64,000 nt of DNA from Barnesiella sp. (GTDB taxonomy: Bacteria; Bacteroidota; Bacteroidia; Bacteroidales; Muribaculaceae), in NCBI GenBank assembly GCA_014800945.1, contig JAAVFD010000031.1, positions 2,093-66,092 on the forward strand, written 5' to 3'. The notes under the pieces were generated by a model. It saw only the letters and a list, made by a program, of their open reading frames with translations. It did not search any database and was not told the origin of the DNA. Below, one piece after another: positions 20,088-32,507 of the stretch. The position numbers were made by a program, and so were the translations under genes. The first letter of the stretch is position 1. Every line of letters starts with the position of its first letter.

Positions 20088-20226
20088 GCTATTATAAAAG
20101 TTTACTGTGTGTGATAGAGTGTAATTTCTTCTAAAGTGATAATTAATTTGGTGAAATAAGGATAATGCTTTACATTTGTAGCTAATATGCTGAATTTAGT
20201 TAATAATTTTAATTTCAAAGGTAGCT

Positions 20227-21723
20227 ATGAGTGACAGACTATATATTTTTGATACAACTCTTCGCGACGGCGAGCAGGTGCCCGGTTGCCAGCTCAACAC
20301 GGTTGAGAAAATCGAGGTGGCAAAAACTCTTGAAGAGCTTGGGGTAGATGTTATAGAAGCGGGATTCCCTGTTTCAAGTCCCGGCGACTTCAACTCAGTT
20401 GTCGAGATTAGCAAGGCGGTTACATGGCCAACTATCTGTGCTTTGACAAGAGCGGTTGAAAACGATATACGCGTTGCCGCCGATGCGCTTCAATACGCAA
20501 AACACAAGAGAATTCACACTGGCATAGGAACCTCCGACTACCATATCAAATATAAATTCAACAGCACACGCGAGGAGATAATCGAGCGGGCAATAGGGTG
20601 TGTTAAATATGCTAAGAAATTTGTTGAAGATGTGCAGTTTTACGCTGAAGATGCGGGACGTACAGATAATGAATATCTCGCCCGAGTGATTCAGGCTGTG
20701 GTGAATGCCGGTGCTACCGTGGTGAATATTCCGGACACAACCGGTTATTGCCTGCCCGCTGAGTTTGAGGCTAAAATCAGATACCTCATGGAGCACGTTG
20801 ACGGAATCCATAAGGTTACAATAGCCACTCACTGCCATAATGACCTCGGTATGGCAACAGCCAATACTGTTGCAGGAATAATGGGTGGAGCACGTCAGGC
20901 GGAGGTTACCATCAACGGTATCGGTGAGCGTGCCGGAAATACATCGCTCGAAGAGGTTGTTATGGTGATGCGCTCCCATAAAGAACTCGGAATCTACACA
21001 AACATAAACACAACAAAAATAAGCACGGCAAGCCGGATGGTGAGCAGCCTGATGAATATGCCAGTACAACCTAACAAAGCTATAGTTGGAAGAAACGCTT
21101 TTGCTCATTCCAGCGGAATTCATCAGGATGGTGTGTTGAAAAACAGAGAAAGCTACGAGATAATCGACCCCAAGGATGTGGGCATAGATGAAAATTCAAT
21201 TGTTCTTACAGCGCGTAGCGGACGCGCCGCTCTTAAACACAGAATGCATGTGCTGGGTGTTGACCTTGATAAAGAGGCTCTTGACAAGGCTTACGATGCA
21301 TTCCTTAAACTTGCGGATCGCAAGAAGGAGGTTAACGATGATGATGTTCTTATGCTTGCCGGAAAGCACACTGCAGCGTCAAGGCGAATCAAACTTGATT
21401 TTCTACAGGTTACATCAGGTGTGGGAATCCACTCTGTGGCGAGCATAGGGCTTGATATCGCCGGAGAAAAATTTGAAGCCTGCGCAAGCGGCAACGGACC
21501 GGTTGACGCGGCTATTTCGGCTATCAAGAATATCATTCATAGAAATATGCTTGTAAAAGAATTCCTCATTCAGGCGATAAACAAGGGCTCCAATGATGTA
21601 GGTAAGGTGCACATGACGGTTGAGTATGACGGTCAGCACTATTACGGATTCTCGGCTAATACAGATATTGTGGCTGCCAGTGCCGAAGCATTTATCGATG
21701 CGATTAACAAGTTTGTGAGATAA
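20227..21723 (+). CDS. leuA: 2-isopropylmalate synthase
   Basis: [45 protein letters not shown] -7 box TACATTTG lies at 20171-20178. Confidence 0.96.
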   Translation: MSDRLYIFDTTLRDGEQVPGCQLNTVEKIEVAKTLEELGVDVIEAGFPVSSPGDFNSVVEISKAVTWPTICALTRAVENDIRVAADALQYAKHKRIHTGIGTSDYHIKYKFNSTREEIIERAIGCVKYAKKFVEDVQFYAEDAGRTDNEYLARVIQAVVNAGATVVNIPDTTGYCLPAEFEAKIRYLMEHVDGIHKVTIATHCHNDLGMATANTVAGIMGGARQAEVTINGIGERAGNTSLEEVVMVMRSHKELGIYTNINTTKISTASRMVSSLMNMPVQPNKAIVGRNAFAHSSGIHQDGVLKNRESYEIIDPKDVGIDENSIVLTARSGRAALKHRMHVLGVDLDKEALDKAYDAFLKLADRKKEVNDDDVLMLAGKHTAASRRIKLDFLQVTSGVGIHSVASIGLDIAGEKFEACASGNGPVDAAISAIKNIIHRNMLVKEFLIQAINKGSNDVGKVHMTVEYDGQHYYGFSANTDIVAASAEAFIDAINKFVR

Positions 21724-23123
21724 TGACTATGGGTAAGACTCTGTTTGATAAGATTTGGGAAGCACATACGGTTACAGATATACCGGATGGACCCACACAG
21801 TTGTATATAGACAGGCACTATTGCCACGAAGTAACGAGTCCGCAGGCGTTTGACGGCTTGAGAAACAGAGGTCTGAAAGTTTTTAGACCTGACCGCACGG
21901 TTTGTTCTCCTGATCATAATATTCCGACAATTAATCAAGATAAACCTATTGCAGATCCGGTTTCCCGCAATCAGGTGGCTACTCTTGAAAAAAATGCGGC
22001 AGAATTCGGTCTTGAAATTTTCGGAGTGGGTCATCCGAGAAATGGAATAATTCATGTAATGGGTCCTGAAAACGGACTTACACTTCCCGGCTCAACAATT
22101 GTTTGCGGAGATAGTCACACCTCTACCCACGGAGCTTTCGGAGCGATAGCTTTCGGAATAGGAACGTCAGAGGTAGAGATGGTGCTTGCTACCCAGTGCA
22201 TTCTGCAGCCGAGACCCAAAACAATGCGTATAACCGTCAATGGAATTTTGGGTAAGGGTGTGACGGCTAAGGATATTGCACTGTATATAATTGCAAGGAT
22301 GACTACCGGTGGTGCAACAGGTTACTTTGTGGAATATGCCGGAGATGCTATTCGTGCTCTCAACATGGAGCAGAGAATGACACTCTGTAATCTTTCTATT
22401 GAAATGGGTGCACGTGGTGGACTTATTGCTCCGGATGACACTACTATTGCCTACCTTAAAGACAGAGAGTTTGCCCCCAAAGGGGAAGAGTGGGATAAGG
22501 CTGTGGAGTATTGGAGGAGTTTACCATCCGACTCCGATGCTGTTTTTGACAAAGAGATAGTTCTTGACGCTGAAGATATAGAGCCAAGGGTGACTTACGG
22601 AACCAATCCGGGTATGGGTATCGGTATCAGTGAAACTGTTCCTGACGCTCCTGAGGAACCGGCTGCAAGAGCAAGTTTCGAGCAGTCGCTCAAGTATATG
22701 GGTTTCAGGTCAGGTCAAAGCCTTGTGGGTACTCCTGTGGACTATGTATTTCTGGGAAGCTGTACCAACGGCAGGATAGAGGATTTCCGTGCTTTTGCCG
22801 GATATGTAAAAGGTAAAAAGAAAGCTCCCGGGGTAACGGCATGGCTGGTACCCGGCTCATGGGCTGTTGAGAAACAGATAAGAGAAGAGGGGCTTGACAA
22901 AATACTTAATGAGGCGGGTTTTGAAATAAGGCAGCCCGGATGCTCGGCATGTCTGGCAATGAATGATGATAAAGTGCCTTCAGGTAAACTCGCGGTGTCA
23001 ACATCAAACCGTAATTTTGAGGGTAGGCAGGGGCCGGGAGCCCGTACAGTGCTTGCCGGTCCGCTTGTGGCAGCTGCTGCGGCGGTTCATGGTGTGATTA
23101 AAGACCCTCGTCAGGATATATAA
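21723..23123 (+). CDS. leuC: 3-isopropylmalate dehydratase large subunit
   Basis: [46 protein letters not shown]. Confidence 0.97.
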   Translation: MTMGKTLFDKIWEAHTVTDIPDGPTQLYIDRHYCHEVTSPQAFDGLRNRGLKVFRPDRTVCSPDHNIPTINQDKPIADPVSRNQVATLEKNAAEFGLEIFGVGHPRNGIIHVMGPENGLTLPGSTIVCGDSHTSTHGAFGAIAFGIGTSEVEMVLATQCILQPRPKTMRITVNGILGKGVTAKDIALYIIARMTTGGATGYFVEYAGDAIRALNMEQRMTLCNLSIEMGARGGLIAPDDTTIAYLKDREFAPKGEEWDKAVEYWRSLPSDSDAVFDKEIVLDAEDIEPRVTYGTNPGMGIGISETVPDAPEEPAARASFEQSLKYMGFRSGQSLVGTPVDYVFLGSCTNGRIEDFRAFAGYVKGKKKAPGVTAWLVPGSWAVEKQIREEGLDKILNEAGFEIRQPGCSACLAMNDDKVPSGKLAVSTSNRNFEGRQGPGARTVLAGPLVAAAAAVHGVIKDPRQDI

Positions 23124-23138
23124 TATATTATAAGGTGT

Positions 23139-23735
23139 ATGAAAAGTAATCCTAAATTCGATATAGTGCAGTCCACTTGCGTGCCTCTGCCAATAGAAAA
23201 TGTTGATACCGACCAGATTATTCCGGCAAGATTTCTGAGAGCCACATCACGTGAGGGCTTCGGTGAGAATCTGTTCAGAGACTGGCGTTATGATTCAAAT
23301 AATAATCCAATACCAGACTTCCCGTTGAATAATCCGGCATATAGCGGTTGTATTCTTGTTGCAGGCAAAAATTTCGGCTGCGGTTCAAGCCGTGAGCATG
23401 CGGCATGGGCTATTGCCGATTACGGTTTCAGAGTTGTTATTTCAAGTTTCTTCGCCGATATACATAAAAATAACGAACTCAATAACTTTGTGCTACCCGT
23501 TGTGGTGTCACCGGGCTTTTTGGATGAACTGTTCAAGTGTATAGAGGAGAATCCGGCTACTGAGGTTAAAGTGGATTTGCCTGAGCAGACTGTCACTAAT
23601 CTTGCTACCGGAGCAAAAGAGAAATTCGATATCAATCCATATAAGAAACAGTGCCTGATGGAGGGGCTGGATGATATAGGATATTTGCTTTCGCATAAGG
23701 AGGATATTGAAAAATGGGAAAATAATCAACGCTAA
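23139..23735 (+). CDS. leuD: 3-isopropylmalate dehydratase small subunit
   Basis: [30 protein letters not shown]. Confidence 0.97.
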   Translation: MKSNPKFDIVQSTCVPLPIENVDTDQIIPARFLRATSREGFGENLFRDWRYDSNNNPIPDFPLNNPAYSGCILVAGKNFGCGSSREHAAWAIADYGFRVVISSFFADIHKNNELNNFVLPVVVSPGFLDELFKCIEENPATEVKVDLPEQTVTNLATGAKEKFDINPYKKQCLMEGLDDIGYLLSHKEDIEKWENNQR

Positions 23736-23749
23736 GAAAGGATTATATT

Positions 23750-24811
23750 ATGGAACTCAAAATAGCAGTTTTGCCGGGTGACGGTATAGGCCCGGAAATA
23801 TCAAAAGCCGGTGTCAAGGTTATGCAGGCTGTTTGCGACAGATTCGGTCATAAAGTGAATTTTGAATATGCTCTTGTTGGAGCGGCGGCAATTGATGCAA
23901 CCGGTAATCCGTTTCCTGAAGAAACATTTGAAATATGTAAGAATTCAGATGCGGTACTATTTTCCGCTGTCGGGGACTTGAGGTTTGACAATAACCCGGA
24001 TGCAAAGGTGCGCCCTGAACAGGGTTTGCTTGCTATGCGCAAAAAGCTTGGTCTGTTTGCCAACATTCGTCCGGTGGAAACATTCGGTTGCCTTATCCAT
24101 AACTCTCCTTTGAGGAAGGAGTTGGTGGAGGGCGCTGACTTTGTGTGTATCAGAGAACTGACCGGGGGAATGTATTTCGGCGAGAAGTTTGAGAGTGATG
24201 ACCGTGCCTACGATACTTGCGTTTACACACGCCCTGAGATAGAAATAATTTTGAAGGTGGCTTACGATTATGCTTTGCGCCGCCGCCGTCATCTCACTGT
24301 TGTTGATAAAGCGAATGTTTTGGCTTCAAGTAGATTATGGAGAAAGATAGCCAAAGAAATGGCACCAAAATATCCGGATGTCACAACTGACTTTATGTAT
24401 GTTGATAATGCCGCAATGAAAATGATTCAGGAGCCGCGCTTTTTTGATGTAATGGTAACAGAAAACACCTTCGGTGACATTCTTACAGACGAAGGCAGTG
24501 TGATTACCGGATCCATGGGGTTGCTCCCCTCAGCGAGTACCGGCGAGAGCACTCCGGTGTTTGAACCCATTCACGGCTCTTGGCCTCAGGCTGCCGGCAA
24601 GGATATTGCCAATCCGCTTGCACAGATTCTGTCGGTTGCCATGCTGTTCGATTATTTTGATATGAAAGATGAAGCGGATATTGTGAGAAACGCTGTCAAC
24701 GCTTCTATGGATAATTTCGTGCGTACACCGGATATTCAGGTTGAGGGCAAGGAGGCTTTTGGTACTCAAGCCGTTGGGGAATGGATTGCGCGGTATGTAG
24801 CCGCTCATTGA
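23750..24811 (+). CDS. leuB: 3-isopropylmalate dehydrogenase
   Basis: [38 protein letters not shown]. Confidence 0.97.
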   Translation: MELKIAVLPGDGIGPEISKAGVKVMQAVCDRFGHKVNFEYALVGAAAIDATGNPFPEETFEICKNSDAVLFSAVGDLRFDNNPDAKVRPEQGLLAMRKKLGLFANIRPVETFGCLIHNSPLRKELVEGADFVCIRELTGGMYFGEKFESDDRAYDTCVYTRPEIEIILKVAYDYALRRRRHLTVVDKANVLASSRLWRKIAKEMAPKYPDVTTDFMYVDNAAMKMIQEPRFFDVMVTENTFGDILTDEGSVITGSMGLLPSASTGESTPVFEPIHGSWPQAAGKDIANPLAQILSVAMLFDYFDMKDEADIVRNAVNASMDNFVRTPDIQVEGKEAFGTQAVGEWIARYVAAH

Positions 24812-24825
24812 AATAATTTGATTAT

Positions 24826-26262
24826 ATGGCAAATCTCAAGCATCTGTTTTTGTGCATATTCGGTGCTACGTCATTGTTGGCAAACGCATCAATGGTTTGT
24901 GAGTCAGACAACACAGTTGTGTCGGGAAGTCGTCCCCCGGTAGAGAAAAGACTTTTCACATCGCAGGCAGTTGAGTCTCAGATTAGAGCGGTTACAGCTC
25001 AACTTAAAAATCCGAAACTCGCCAAGATGTTTGAGAACTGTTTCCCGAATACTCTTGACACTACGGTGTTTTTTCGCACAGACAGTGGGGATGGCAAAAA
25101 TGACACCTTTGTCATCACCGGTGATATTCATGCCATGTGGCTCAGGGATTCGGCAGCTCAGGTTTATCCCTATGTGAGATTCGCCTCTGAGGACGATGCT
25201 CTAAAAGCAATGATTGAGGGGGTTATTCGCCGACAATTCAAGTCAATTATTCTTGACCCGTATGCGAATGCCTTTAATGATGGCCCTACCGGTGGCGAAT
25301 GGCAGAGCGATTTTACAAAGATGATTCCTGAGGTGCATGAGCGTAAATGGGAAATAGATTCACTGTGCTATCCGGTGCGTCTTGCATATGAATACTGGAA
25401 ACGCACGGGTGATACCTCTGTGTTTGATGAAAACTGGCTCAAAGCAGTTGATTTGATTTTACGCACATTCACCGAACAGCAGAGAAAGTATGACCCTAAA
25501 GGGCCATACAGGTTTTTGAGACGTACGGACCGGGCTCTTGATACACTCAATAATGTTGGGTGGGGAGCACCGGTTAGCGGTTGCGGTCTTATAGTTTCAT
25601 GTTTCCGTCCCAGCGATGATGCCACAACATTTCAGTATCTCGTACCATCAAACTTTTTTGCTGTTACAACCCTTTGTAAAATGGCTGAAATCCTGATGGA
25701 GGTGAACAATGATAAGGAAAGGGCGGATAAATGCTCCGCTCTTGCCGATGAGGTATCGGCGGCGCTGAAAAAATATGCTGTTTACAATCATCCGGAGTTT
25801 GGAGAAATTTATGCGTATGAGGTTGATGGTTTTGGCAACAGAATGTTGATGGATGATGCTAATGTGCCGTCGCTTCTCGCAATGCCTTATCTCGGCGATG
25901 TGGATAAAGATGATGCTGTGTATCGTAATACAAGAAACTTTGTCTGGAGCAAATCAAATCCCTATTTCTTTACAGGAAAAGCTGGGGAGGGTATAGGCGG
26001 ACCTCATGTGGGCTATTCCTATGCCTGGCCAATGAGCATTATGATGCGGGCTTTCACCTCTGAAAACGATGAGGAGATAGCGGAGTGTATCAGAATGTTG
26101 ATGAACACCGATGCCGGAACAGGTTTTATGCACGAAAGCTTCAATGTTGACGATTCCAATGATTTTACCCGCTCGTGGTTTGCCTGGCAGAATACTCTTT
26201 TCGGTGAACTTATTCTCACACTAATAGACGAGGGTAAGCTTGATTTGCTTAATTCTCTATGA
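24826..26262 (+). CDS. Glycoside hydrolase family 125 (exo-alpha-1,6-mannosidase-like)
   Basis: FPNTLDTT, TGDIHAMWLRDS, ERKWEIDS, RPSDDA, MDDANVPSLL, HESF...FTRSWFAW. Confidence 0.92.
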   Translation: MANLKHLFLCIFGATSLLANASMVCESDNTVVSGSRPPVEKRLFTSQAVESQIRAVTAQLKNPKLAKMFENCFPNTLDTTVFFRTDSGDGKNDTFVITGDIHAMWLRDSAAQVYPYVRFASEDDALKAMIEGVIRRQFKSIILDPYANAFNDGPTGGEWQSDFTKMIPEVHERKWEIDSLCYPVRLAYEYWKRTGDTSVFDENWLKAVDLILRTFTEQQRKYDPKGPYRFLRRTDRALDTLNNVGWGAPVSGCGLIVSCFRPSDDATTFQYLVPSNFFAVTTLCKMAEILMEVNNDKERADKCSALADEVSAALKKYAVYNHPEFGEIYAYEVDGFGNRMLMDDANVPSLLAMPYLGDVDKDDAVYRNTRNFVWSKSNPYFFTGKAGEGIGGPHVGYSYAWPMSIMMRAFTSENDEEIAECIRMLMNTDAGTGFMHESFNVDDSNDFTRSWFAWQNTLFGELILTLIDEGKLDLLNSL

Positions 26263-26320
26263 TTTTTGTTAACTTTGCGCAAGTTTCATTAATCTAACGC
26301 TTTTTCGATAATATATAGAT

Positions 26321-27376
26321 ATGAGTCAGAAAGAAATAGTGCTAAGTGGCATCAGAGCTACCGGCAATCTTCATTTAGGTAATTACTTTGGCGCTCTAAG
26401 TAAATTTGTGCGTATGCAGGAGGACTATGACAGTAATTTCTTTATTGCCGACCTCCATGCACTCACCACTTCAACAGACCCCGATAAACTTCATGCCAAT
26501 GTAAAAAGCATCATAGCCGAATACCTTGCCGCCGGTCTCGACCCTGAAAAAGCAACTATTTTTGTGCAGAGCGATGTGCCTGAGATCAGTGAGATGTATC
26601 TTCTGCTGAATATGCACGTTGGTATCGGTGAACTCATGCGTACCGCTTCTTTTAAGGATAAGGCGCGCAAGCAGTTGGGCATCAAATCCGACGGTGATGA
26701 TATAGAAAAGGAAATTATCGGTAATGACTCCAACAAGAGGGTCAGTGCAGGGCTTCTCACTTATCCAACCCTTATGGCAGTAGATATTCTTATCCAGAAA
26801 GCTAACAAGGTGCCTGTTGGAAAAGATCAGGAGCAGCATCTTGAGCTTACAAGAAGATTTGCAAGAAGGTTCAACTCGTTTTACAACGTGGATTTGTTTC
26901 CGGAACCACAGAATTTTGACTTCGGAGGAGCACCTGTAAAAGTGCCGGGACTTGATGGTTCCGGTAAAATGGGCAAAAGCGAGGGCAATTGTCTGTACCT
27001 GATAGATGATGAGAAGACTTTGAGAAAAAAAGTGATGCGAGCGGTTACTGACGAAGGACCCAAGGTGCCTAATCAGCCGGTCAGTCAGCCGGTAGAAAAT
27101 CTTTTTACCCTTCTTGAACTAACTTCATCACCGGAAATTGTAAAGCATTACCGTGATGCTTACGCTGATTGCAGTATCCGCTATGGTGACCTTAAGAAGC
27201 AGCTTGCTGAGGATATTCTTAAAATCACATTGCCTATACGCGAAAGAATCTTAGATTTGCAGGGAGATGACGCTACAATATCGAGAATCGTTAAGCAAGG
27301 AGCGGAAAAAGCTCGTGAGCGCGCGGCAAAAACACTTGCAGAAGTGCGTAATATAATGGGTATCCGCAAATTTTGA
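26321..27376 (+). CDS. trpS: Tryptophan--tRNA ligase
   Basis: LHLGNY, YPTLMAVDIL, VPVGKDQEQHLE, KMGKS. A -7 box TAACTTTG lies at 26270-26277. Confidence 0.96.
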   Translation: MSQKEIVLSGIRATGNLHLGNYFGALSKFVRMQEDYDSNFFIADLHALTTSTDPDKLHANVKSIIAEYLAAGLDPEKATIFVQSDVPEISEMYLLLNMHVGIGELMRTASFKDKARKQLGIKSDGDDIEKEIIGNDSNKRVSAGLLTYPTLMAVDILIQKANKVPVGKDQEQHLELTRRFARRFNSFYNVDLFPEPQNFDFGGAPVKVPGLDGSGKMGKSEGNCLYLIDDEKTLRKKVMRAVTDEGPKVPNQPVSQPVENLFTLLELTSSPEIVKHYRDAYADCSIRYGDLKKQLAEDILKITLPIRERILDLQGDDATISRIVKQGAEKARERAAKTLAEVRNIMGIRKF

Positions 27377-27390
27377 TATCTGACAGGAGC

Positions 27391-27873
27391 ATGGCTAAGG
27401 AGAAGAAAACCAATGTGGCTCGCTTGCTGGATGCAGCGGGTATCCCGTATTCTCTTGTGCCTTACACTGTTGATGAAAATGATTTGAGTGCGGTTCATGT
27501 AGCCGCGGAACTTGGTGAGGATATCAAGCAGGTTTTCAAAACCATAGTACTGAAAGGTGAGCGTACCGGCTACTTTGTGTGTGTTGTTCCCGGAGACGCT
27601 GAGATTGACCTGAAACTTGCCGCGAAAGCAGCAGGTGATAAAAAAGCCGAGCTTATTCCGATGAAAGATTTACTGCCTCTCACCGGATATATTCGTGGCG
27701 GATGTTCTCCTATAGGAATGAAGAAACCGTTCCCAACATTTTTTCATTCCTCGGCATTTGAATTTGATATCATTTATGTGAGTGCCGGAGTCAGAGGACT
27801 TCAAATCGCTGTTAATCCTGAAAGTTTAATCAATTATGTTGGTGGCTCACTCGCCGACCTTATTAGCGTATGA
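27391..27873 (+). CDS. ybaK: Cys-tRNA(Pro) deacylase YbaK
   Basis: [35 protein letters not shown]. Start ATG 27391. Confidence 0.93.
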   Translation: MAKEKKTNVARLLDAAGIPYSLVPYTVDENDLSAVHVAAELGEDIKQVFKTIVLKGERTGYFVCVVPGDAEIDLKLAAKAAGDKKAELIPMKDLLPLTGYIRGGCSPIGMKKPFPTFFHSSAFEFDIIYVSAGVRGLQIAVNPESLINYVGGSLADLISV

Positions 27874-28946
27874 ATAGTTTTGGTGAAATATTCCGGCTTA
27901 CTTCTTTCGGTGAGAGCCACGGAGTTGCTATCGGAGGGGTGATTGACGGAATGCCGGCAGGGCTTGAAGTGAATATTGAGGCTATTCAGCACGAACTGGA
28001 TCGCCGCCGCCCGGGACAAAGTGAAATTGTTACAGCCCGAAAGGAAAGTGACAAAGTGAAAATTCTCAGCGGAGTCTTTGAAGGTGTCACCACAGGAACC
28101 CCGATAGGTTTTGTGATTGAAAATAACGATCAGCACAGCAATGATTACGAGAATATCCGTAATCTGTTCCGTCCCTCTCATGCCGATTACACATATTCGT
28201 CAAAATATGGAGTACGTGACTATCGCGGAGGTGGTCGCTCTTCCGCCCGCGAAACAGCTGCACGCATTGTTGCCGGAGCATTGGCAAAACAGGCTCTCGC
28301 AAAAAGTGGTATAGAGGTATTTGCATACACCTCCCAGGTAGGTGACATCTCACTTGATAGGCCATATTCATGTTTCACCTCTGCTGACGTTGATAAAAAC
28401 GCTGTAAGGTGTCCAGATGACATCACAGCCCGTAAGATGATTGAGTTGATATCAGAGGTCAAGGCATCAGGTGATACTGTCGGTGGAATAATAACCGGTG
28501 TTGTCCGTGGATGTCCGGTTGGATTGGGTGACCCGGTTTTTGGTAAACTCCACGCTCGACTCGCGTTGGCTATGATGAGTATAAATGCTGCAAAAGGTTT
28601 TGATTATGGTATGGGTTTTGACGGAATCCATCTCCGCGGCAGCGAGGCATCGGATATATTTGTAAAAGATTCCGATGGTAAAATTCGCACAAAAACCAAT
28701 AATAGCGGTGGTATTCAGGGGGGGATTTCAAATGGAGAAGATATTTATTTCAGAGTCGCATTCAAACCTGTTGCAACTATACTGCGAGATATTGAAACTG
28801 TAAATGCTGAAGGTGACAGTGTGACTCTTCACGCAAAAGGACGCCATGACCCGTGTGTGCTTCCACGTGCGGTTCCTATTGTGGAAGCCATGACTGCTAT
28901 GGTGATTTTTGATGCATTACTTCTCAACCGTGTCAGCCGCATCTGA
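27870..28946 (+). CDS. aroC: Chorismate synthase
   Basis: [36 protein letters not shown]. Confidence 0.97.
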   Translation: MNSFGEIFRLTSFGESHGVAIGGVIDGMPAGLEVNIEAIQHELDRRRPGQSEIVTARKESDKVKILSGVFEGVTTGTPIGFVIENNDQHSNDYENIRNLFRPSHADYTYSSKYGVRDYRGGGRSSARETAARIVAGALAKQALAKSGIEVFAYTSQVGDISLDRPYSCFTSADVDKNAVRCPDDITARKMIELISEVKASGDTVGGIITGVVRGCPVGLGDPVFGKLHARLALAMMSINAAKGFDYGMGFDGIHLRGSEASDIFVKDSDGKIRTKTNNSGGIQGGISNGEDIYFRVAFKPVATILRDIETVNAEGDSVTLHAKGRHDPCVLPRAVPIVEAMTAMVIFDALLLNRVSRI

Positions 28947-29826
28947 TTTTCCATATAGAACCTTTGGCGATTTTCTGTCAGAACGCTTTGTCGGGAAGAT
29001 TCAGAAAATCACAATCGATGGAGGTTTCTCATGTCCTAACCGGGATGGCACAATTGGCAGGGGAGGGTGTATATATTGCAATAACAGTTCTTTCAGTCCG
29101 GATAAAGGTGGTGGAAAAAGTATAGCCGAGCAGATTGAGAATGGTAAGAATTTTTTTGCAGGTAAATATCCCCATATGCGATACCTTGCATATTTCCAGT
29201 CATATACAGGCACTCATGCACCGTTGGGTACTCTGATGAAACTTTATTCGGAGGCATTGAAACAGCCTAAAATTGATGGCATTATAATCGGTACTCGTCC
29301 GGACTGTATGCCGGCAGAATTGCTTAGAGAACTCTCGGAAATGAGGAAAAACACTTTTGTGATGGTGGAATACGGAGCCGAGAGTTTTCATGACAGCACG
29401 CTGTCAAGAATCAACAGATGCCACACCGCGTCTCAGACGATAGATGCCGTGGAACGCACTAAAGCGACAGGAATCGAAACCGGACTACATCTAATAAACG
29501 GTCTGCCGGGAGAAGATGAATCAATGATTATGGATTCGGTGAGAATCATTAATTCCCTTCCGGTTGATGTTGTGAAATTTCATCAGATGCAGGTGGTGAA
29601 AGGAACAAGACTCGCCGCGATGTGGCAACGCGGCGAAGCTGACTTAATGGAATTTACTGTTGATGACTACATAGCTCTATGCGTAAAGATTGTGAAGTCT
29701 TTGCGTAGAGACATTGCAATTGAGAGGTTTGTGTCTCAGAGTCCGGCAGATATGTTGATTCATCCTAAGTGGGGACTCAAAAACTATGAGTTCACCAATA
29801 AGCTGAACAACGCTTTGAGAAAATAA
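28909..29826 (+). CDS. TIGR01212 (YhcC-like) radical SAM protein
   Basis: [35 protein letters not shown]. The start (28909, 28912 or 28930) overlaps the aroC end. Confidence 0.88.
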   Translation: MMHYFSTVSAASDFPYRTFGDFLSERFVGKIQKITIDGGFSCPNRDGTIGRGGCIYCNNSSFSPDKGGGKSIAEQIENGKNFFAGKYPHMRYLAYFQSYTGTHAPLGTLMKLYSEALKQPKIDGIIIGTRPDCMPAELLRELSEMRKNTFVMVEYGAESFHDSTLSRINRCHTASQTIDAVERTKATGIETGLHLINGLPGEDESMIMDSVRIINSLPVDVVKFHQMQVVKGTRLAAMWQRGEADLMEFTVDDYIALCVKIVKSLRRDIAIERFVSQSPADMLIHPKWGLKNYEFTNKLNNALRK

Positions 29827-29830
29827 CCCT

Positions 29831-30904
29831 TTACTTCTTACGGTTTCTGACCGAACGGGTGGCTGACTGAGATGAACGTGTGGAGGACGCCTGTTTTACT
29901 TTCTTTGAAGGTCGGCGTGACGATACTCTGCCTGATGATGATTTCCTTTTTTTCGGGGCTTGAGTCACACTGTCGTTTTCAGCAACATTTTTCGCTTTAC
30001 TCTTTTCAAGTTCATCAAGCGAGGGCACCCAGATATCCTTTTCAAAAGAGGTTAGACGCTTTTCTATACTGTCCTGTGCGTGTTTGCGTTCATCAGGATC
30101 GGGATAAAGCTGCGCCATAGATTTATTGCGCAGATTGCGGGTCTTGTAAATCTCACCTTTATAAAGACCGAGGTTGAAGTAATCATCATAAGTGCTCTGC
30201 GGCAGGTTGTTATCATCATCGGTAAAAATGAGCTGTGAGGTGAGATTCGGACGTAAGTCGCTGTATTTTATCCAAAACATAGGGTATTTCACTGCTTCCT
30301 GTCCGAATTCTTCGGTTCGGTGAAGCACAGGGCATAGAGCTTCCACTCTCGTGCGCATTCTGCCCTCGGTGCGGTCAAACTCCCAACGTTCTATTATATA
30401 ATAGCCCAGAACTTCGGTTGTAGGAATATCACTCTCTTCGATATTAAATACAGGATGCTTTTCAGAATATCCTTTTCCGTTGGTGTAATAAATATGGAAA
30501 CGGTCCAGCATATCGCGCACTTTAAGCCGATACTCGTCTGTAAATATTTCTCTACCGTCAAGGTATTCGTACGCCGGCATTTCATCAGCAGCGAGCAACC
30601 GCATTATTATTCTGAAAAGATTTTCCTGACCGTCAACACTCTGCTCCGGAAAATATAAAGCTGCATTTTCCGGCTCATTGAGATCAAGAGAGCGGTATAT
30701 CACCTTCATCCATGCAAGATCGGCATCTGATGTCTCGCTGCTCATGCGCTGGCGAGCTCTATCACTTACAGCTGATTTTTTGGTAGAAGTGCTGCTGTCT
30801 GACCTGCGCATCACACCGCTGCTTGAACTTTGCTGTGCGGATGCTGTGACTGAAACGAGTGCTATTACACCGGATAGTACTATATTAAGTAAATATCTTT
30901 TCAT
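29831..30904 (-). CDS. porN: T9SS protein PorN/GldN
   Basis: WMKVIYRSLDL...NAALYFP, ERWEFD...ALCPV, PMFWI; last gene of the porP-K-L-M-N cluster. Confidence 0.88.
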   Translation of the reverse strand: MKRYLLNIVLSGVIALVSVTASAQQSSSSGVMRRSDSSTSTKKSAVSDRARQRMSSETSDADLAWMKVIYRSLDLNEPENAALYFPEQSVDGQENLFRIIMRLLAADEMPAYEYLDGREIFTDEYRLKVRDMLDRFHIYYTNGKGYSEKHPVFNIEESDIPTTEVLGYYIIERWEFDRTEGRMRTRVEALCPVLHRTEEFGQEAVKYPMFWIKYSDLRPNLTSQLIFTDDDNNLPQSTYDDYFNLGLYKGEIYKTRNLRNKSMAQLYPDPDERKHAQDSIEKRLTSFEKDIWVPSLDELEKSKAKNVAENDSVTQAPKKRKSSSGRVSSRRPSKKVKQASSTRSSQSATRSVRNRKK

Positions 30905-30918
30905 CTGTAGAATAATTA

Positions 30919-32478
30919 TCAGTTAACGGTTATTTCCAACGGGCTGAGAGTTCTCTCGATACCATCAGGACCAATAGCCTTGATACGTGAAATATAGAAT
31001 CGCTTTCCTCTGGTCATGCGTCGGAATGAATCTTTCTGACGCTGAGAGAATGAGGAGCCGTTGCTCACTTCAGGTATGGCATTGCCCATTGAGTCAAAGA
31101 ATACGGTTTCAAATCCGGTGATACGGAACTCAATATCAAGCACACCGTCATCTATCGCGGCTCCAAGTCCGGATGCATTCATGAGGGCAGCTTTGGTGAT
31201 TGGGCGTTCACCTCTGAATCTTCCGTTGCCACTGTCAGCGGAAGGAATATATGCAGTAGGATCTGGTAAACGGCGCACCTTAAAATCTATAGATGCCACT
31301 TGCGAGGAGTGTCCGTCCGGAGTCTTTGCACTTACGCTGATTGTTGCCGGCTGGCCTGCATTAGCAGGGCGGGCTACCCATTTATCGCCGTTGCGTGTAA
31401 GAGTTCCGTTTGTCATGGTTGCACTTACTGAACTTACCGGCAAGCCGGGTACTGAAATCTCTACAGGATTATCAATGCCGGCATAGAGGACATTCATCAT
31501 TGTTGCCGATACGGTTGCAACCGGATCCATTACAACATAGTCACCGGTAAATGTATGCTTGCTGGTGGAACCATCGGGATGAGGCATTTCAAGATATCCG
31601 TTATAGGAATATGTGCCACTTTTCCCGGGTACGAAGCTGTAGGTTGATGAAGCATCAAGTTTTTTACCATCAATAACTATAGATGGGCGGGCAGTGGTAT
31701 CCACTGCTGCAAGAACAATTTCCGCTTTATAGGGGTTGCCACGCATAACATATCGTGACTCGGGAATAACAAAAGCATTAAGTTCATTCACTCTCACATC
31801 ACCGGCATCCACCGCACCTGCAAGTGCAGACAATGCTTCCCCTTCTGCGTAAAGAACGTCGTTCTGAAGTTTTGAAAGGAGTGCAACTGCCGCAACCACC
31901 GGTTGATTTTCAAATTTCACCACCTCCCAGGAGCGTATTGCATCGGAAGTGTCAGTGCGTTTGGCTTCTGTTGAAAGCATGGATTCGATTCCGGTTCGGG
32001 TAGTGGAATCCATAATCATTGGTGCGACAAATCCACGGAAGCTTTCAACCTTTTTGCGAAGCATCTCTCCGTTCCCGCTTACCGGACTAAGCATTACCAC
32101 CGAAGATGCTTCAAGATTTTCCCTGTTCTGTATGTCATCCGGATTACCGTTTTTGCCATCTGCTTTTCGCACAATGGCAAGTTTCAATGAATCAATGGTT
32201 TTGCAAAGCGATTCAGATTCGCGGCGCACCTCAAGAGCCATGTCATGCCATTTGCCGGCTTTGTCCGGATTATTCTTTGCAGCCGCCTCAAGAGTTGCAT
32301 AAACAGCATCGTTTCGCTGTGCAAAATTCTGATTTGTATGCGATAGGCCATCCTGAACTTGTGTAAATCCGTCAAGCACATCGCTGGATACATTGAGAGC
32401 GAGCATGGCGGTGAGGACGATATACATCAAGTTTATCATCTTCTGGCGCGGTGAAAGTCTCATGTTGGATTTACCCAT
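30919..32478 (-). CDS. porM: T9SS motor protein PorM/GldM
   Basis: SPRQKMINLMYIVLTAMLALNVS, MNVLYAGIDNP, RRLPDP. Confidence 0.93.
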   Translation of the reverse strand: MGKSNMRLSPRQKMINLMYIVLTAMLALNVSSDVLDGFTQVQDGLSHTNQNFAQRNDAVYATLEAAAKNNPDKAGKWHDMALEVRRESESLCKTIDSLKLAIVRKADGKNGNPDDIQNRENLEASSVVMLSPVSGNGEMLRKKVESFRGFVAPMIMDSTTRTGIESMLSTEAKRTDTSDAIRSWEVVKFENQPVVAAVALLSKLQNDVLYAEGEALSALAGAVDAGDVRVNELNAFVIPESRYVMRGNPYKAEIVLAAVDTTARPSIVIDGKKLDASSTYSFVPGKSGTYSYNGYLEMPHPDGSTSKHTFTGDYVVMDPVATVSATMMNVLYAGIDNPVEISVPGLPVSSVSATMTNGTLTRNGDKWVARPANAGQPATISVSAKTPDGHSSQVASIDFKVRRLPDPTAYIPSADSGNGRFRGERPITKAALMNASGLGAAIDDGVLDIEFRITGFETVFFDSMGNAIPEVSNGSSFSQRQKDSFRRMTRGKRFYISRIKAIGPDGIERTLSPLEITVN

Positions 32479-32507
32479 TTGCTGTTTCTTTATTATTATT
32501 CCCTCTG

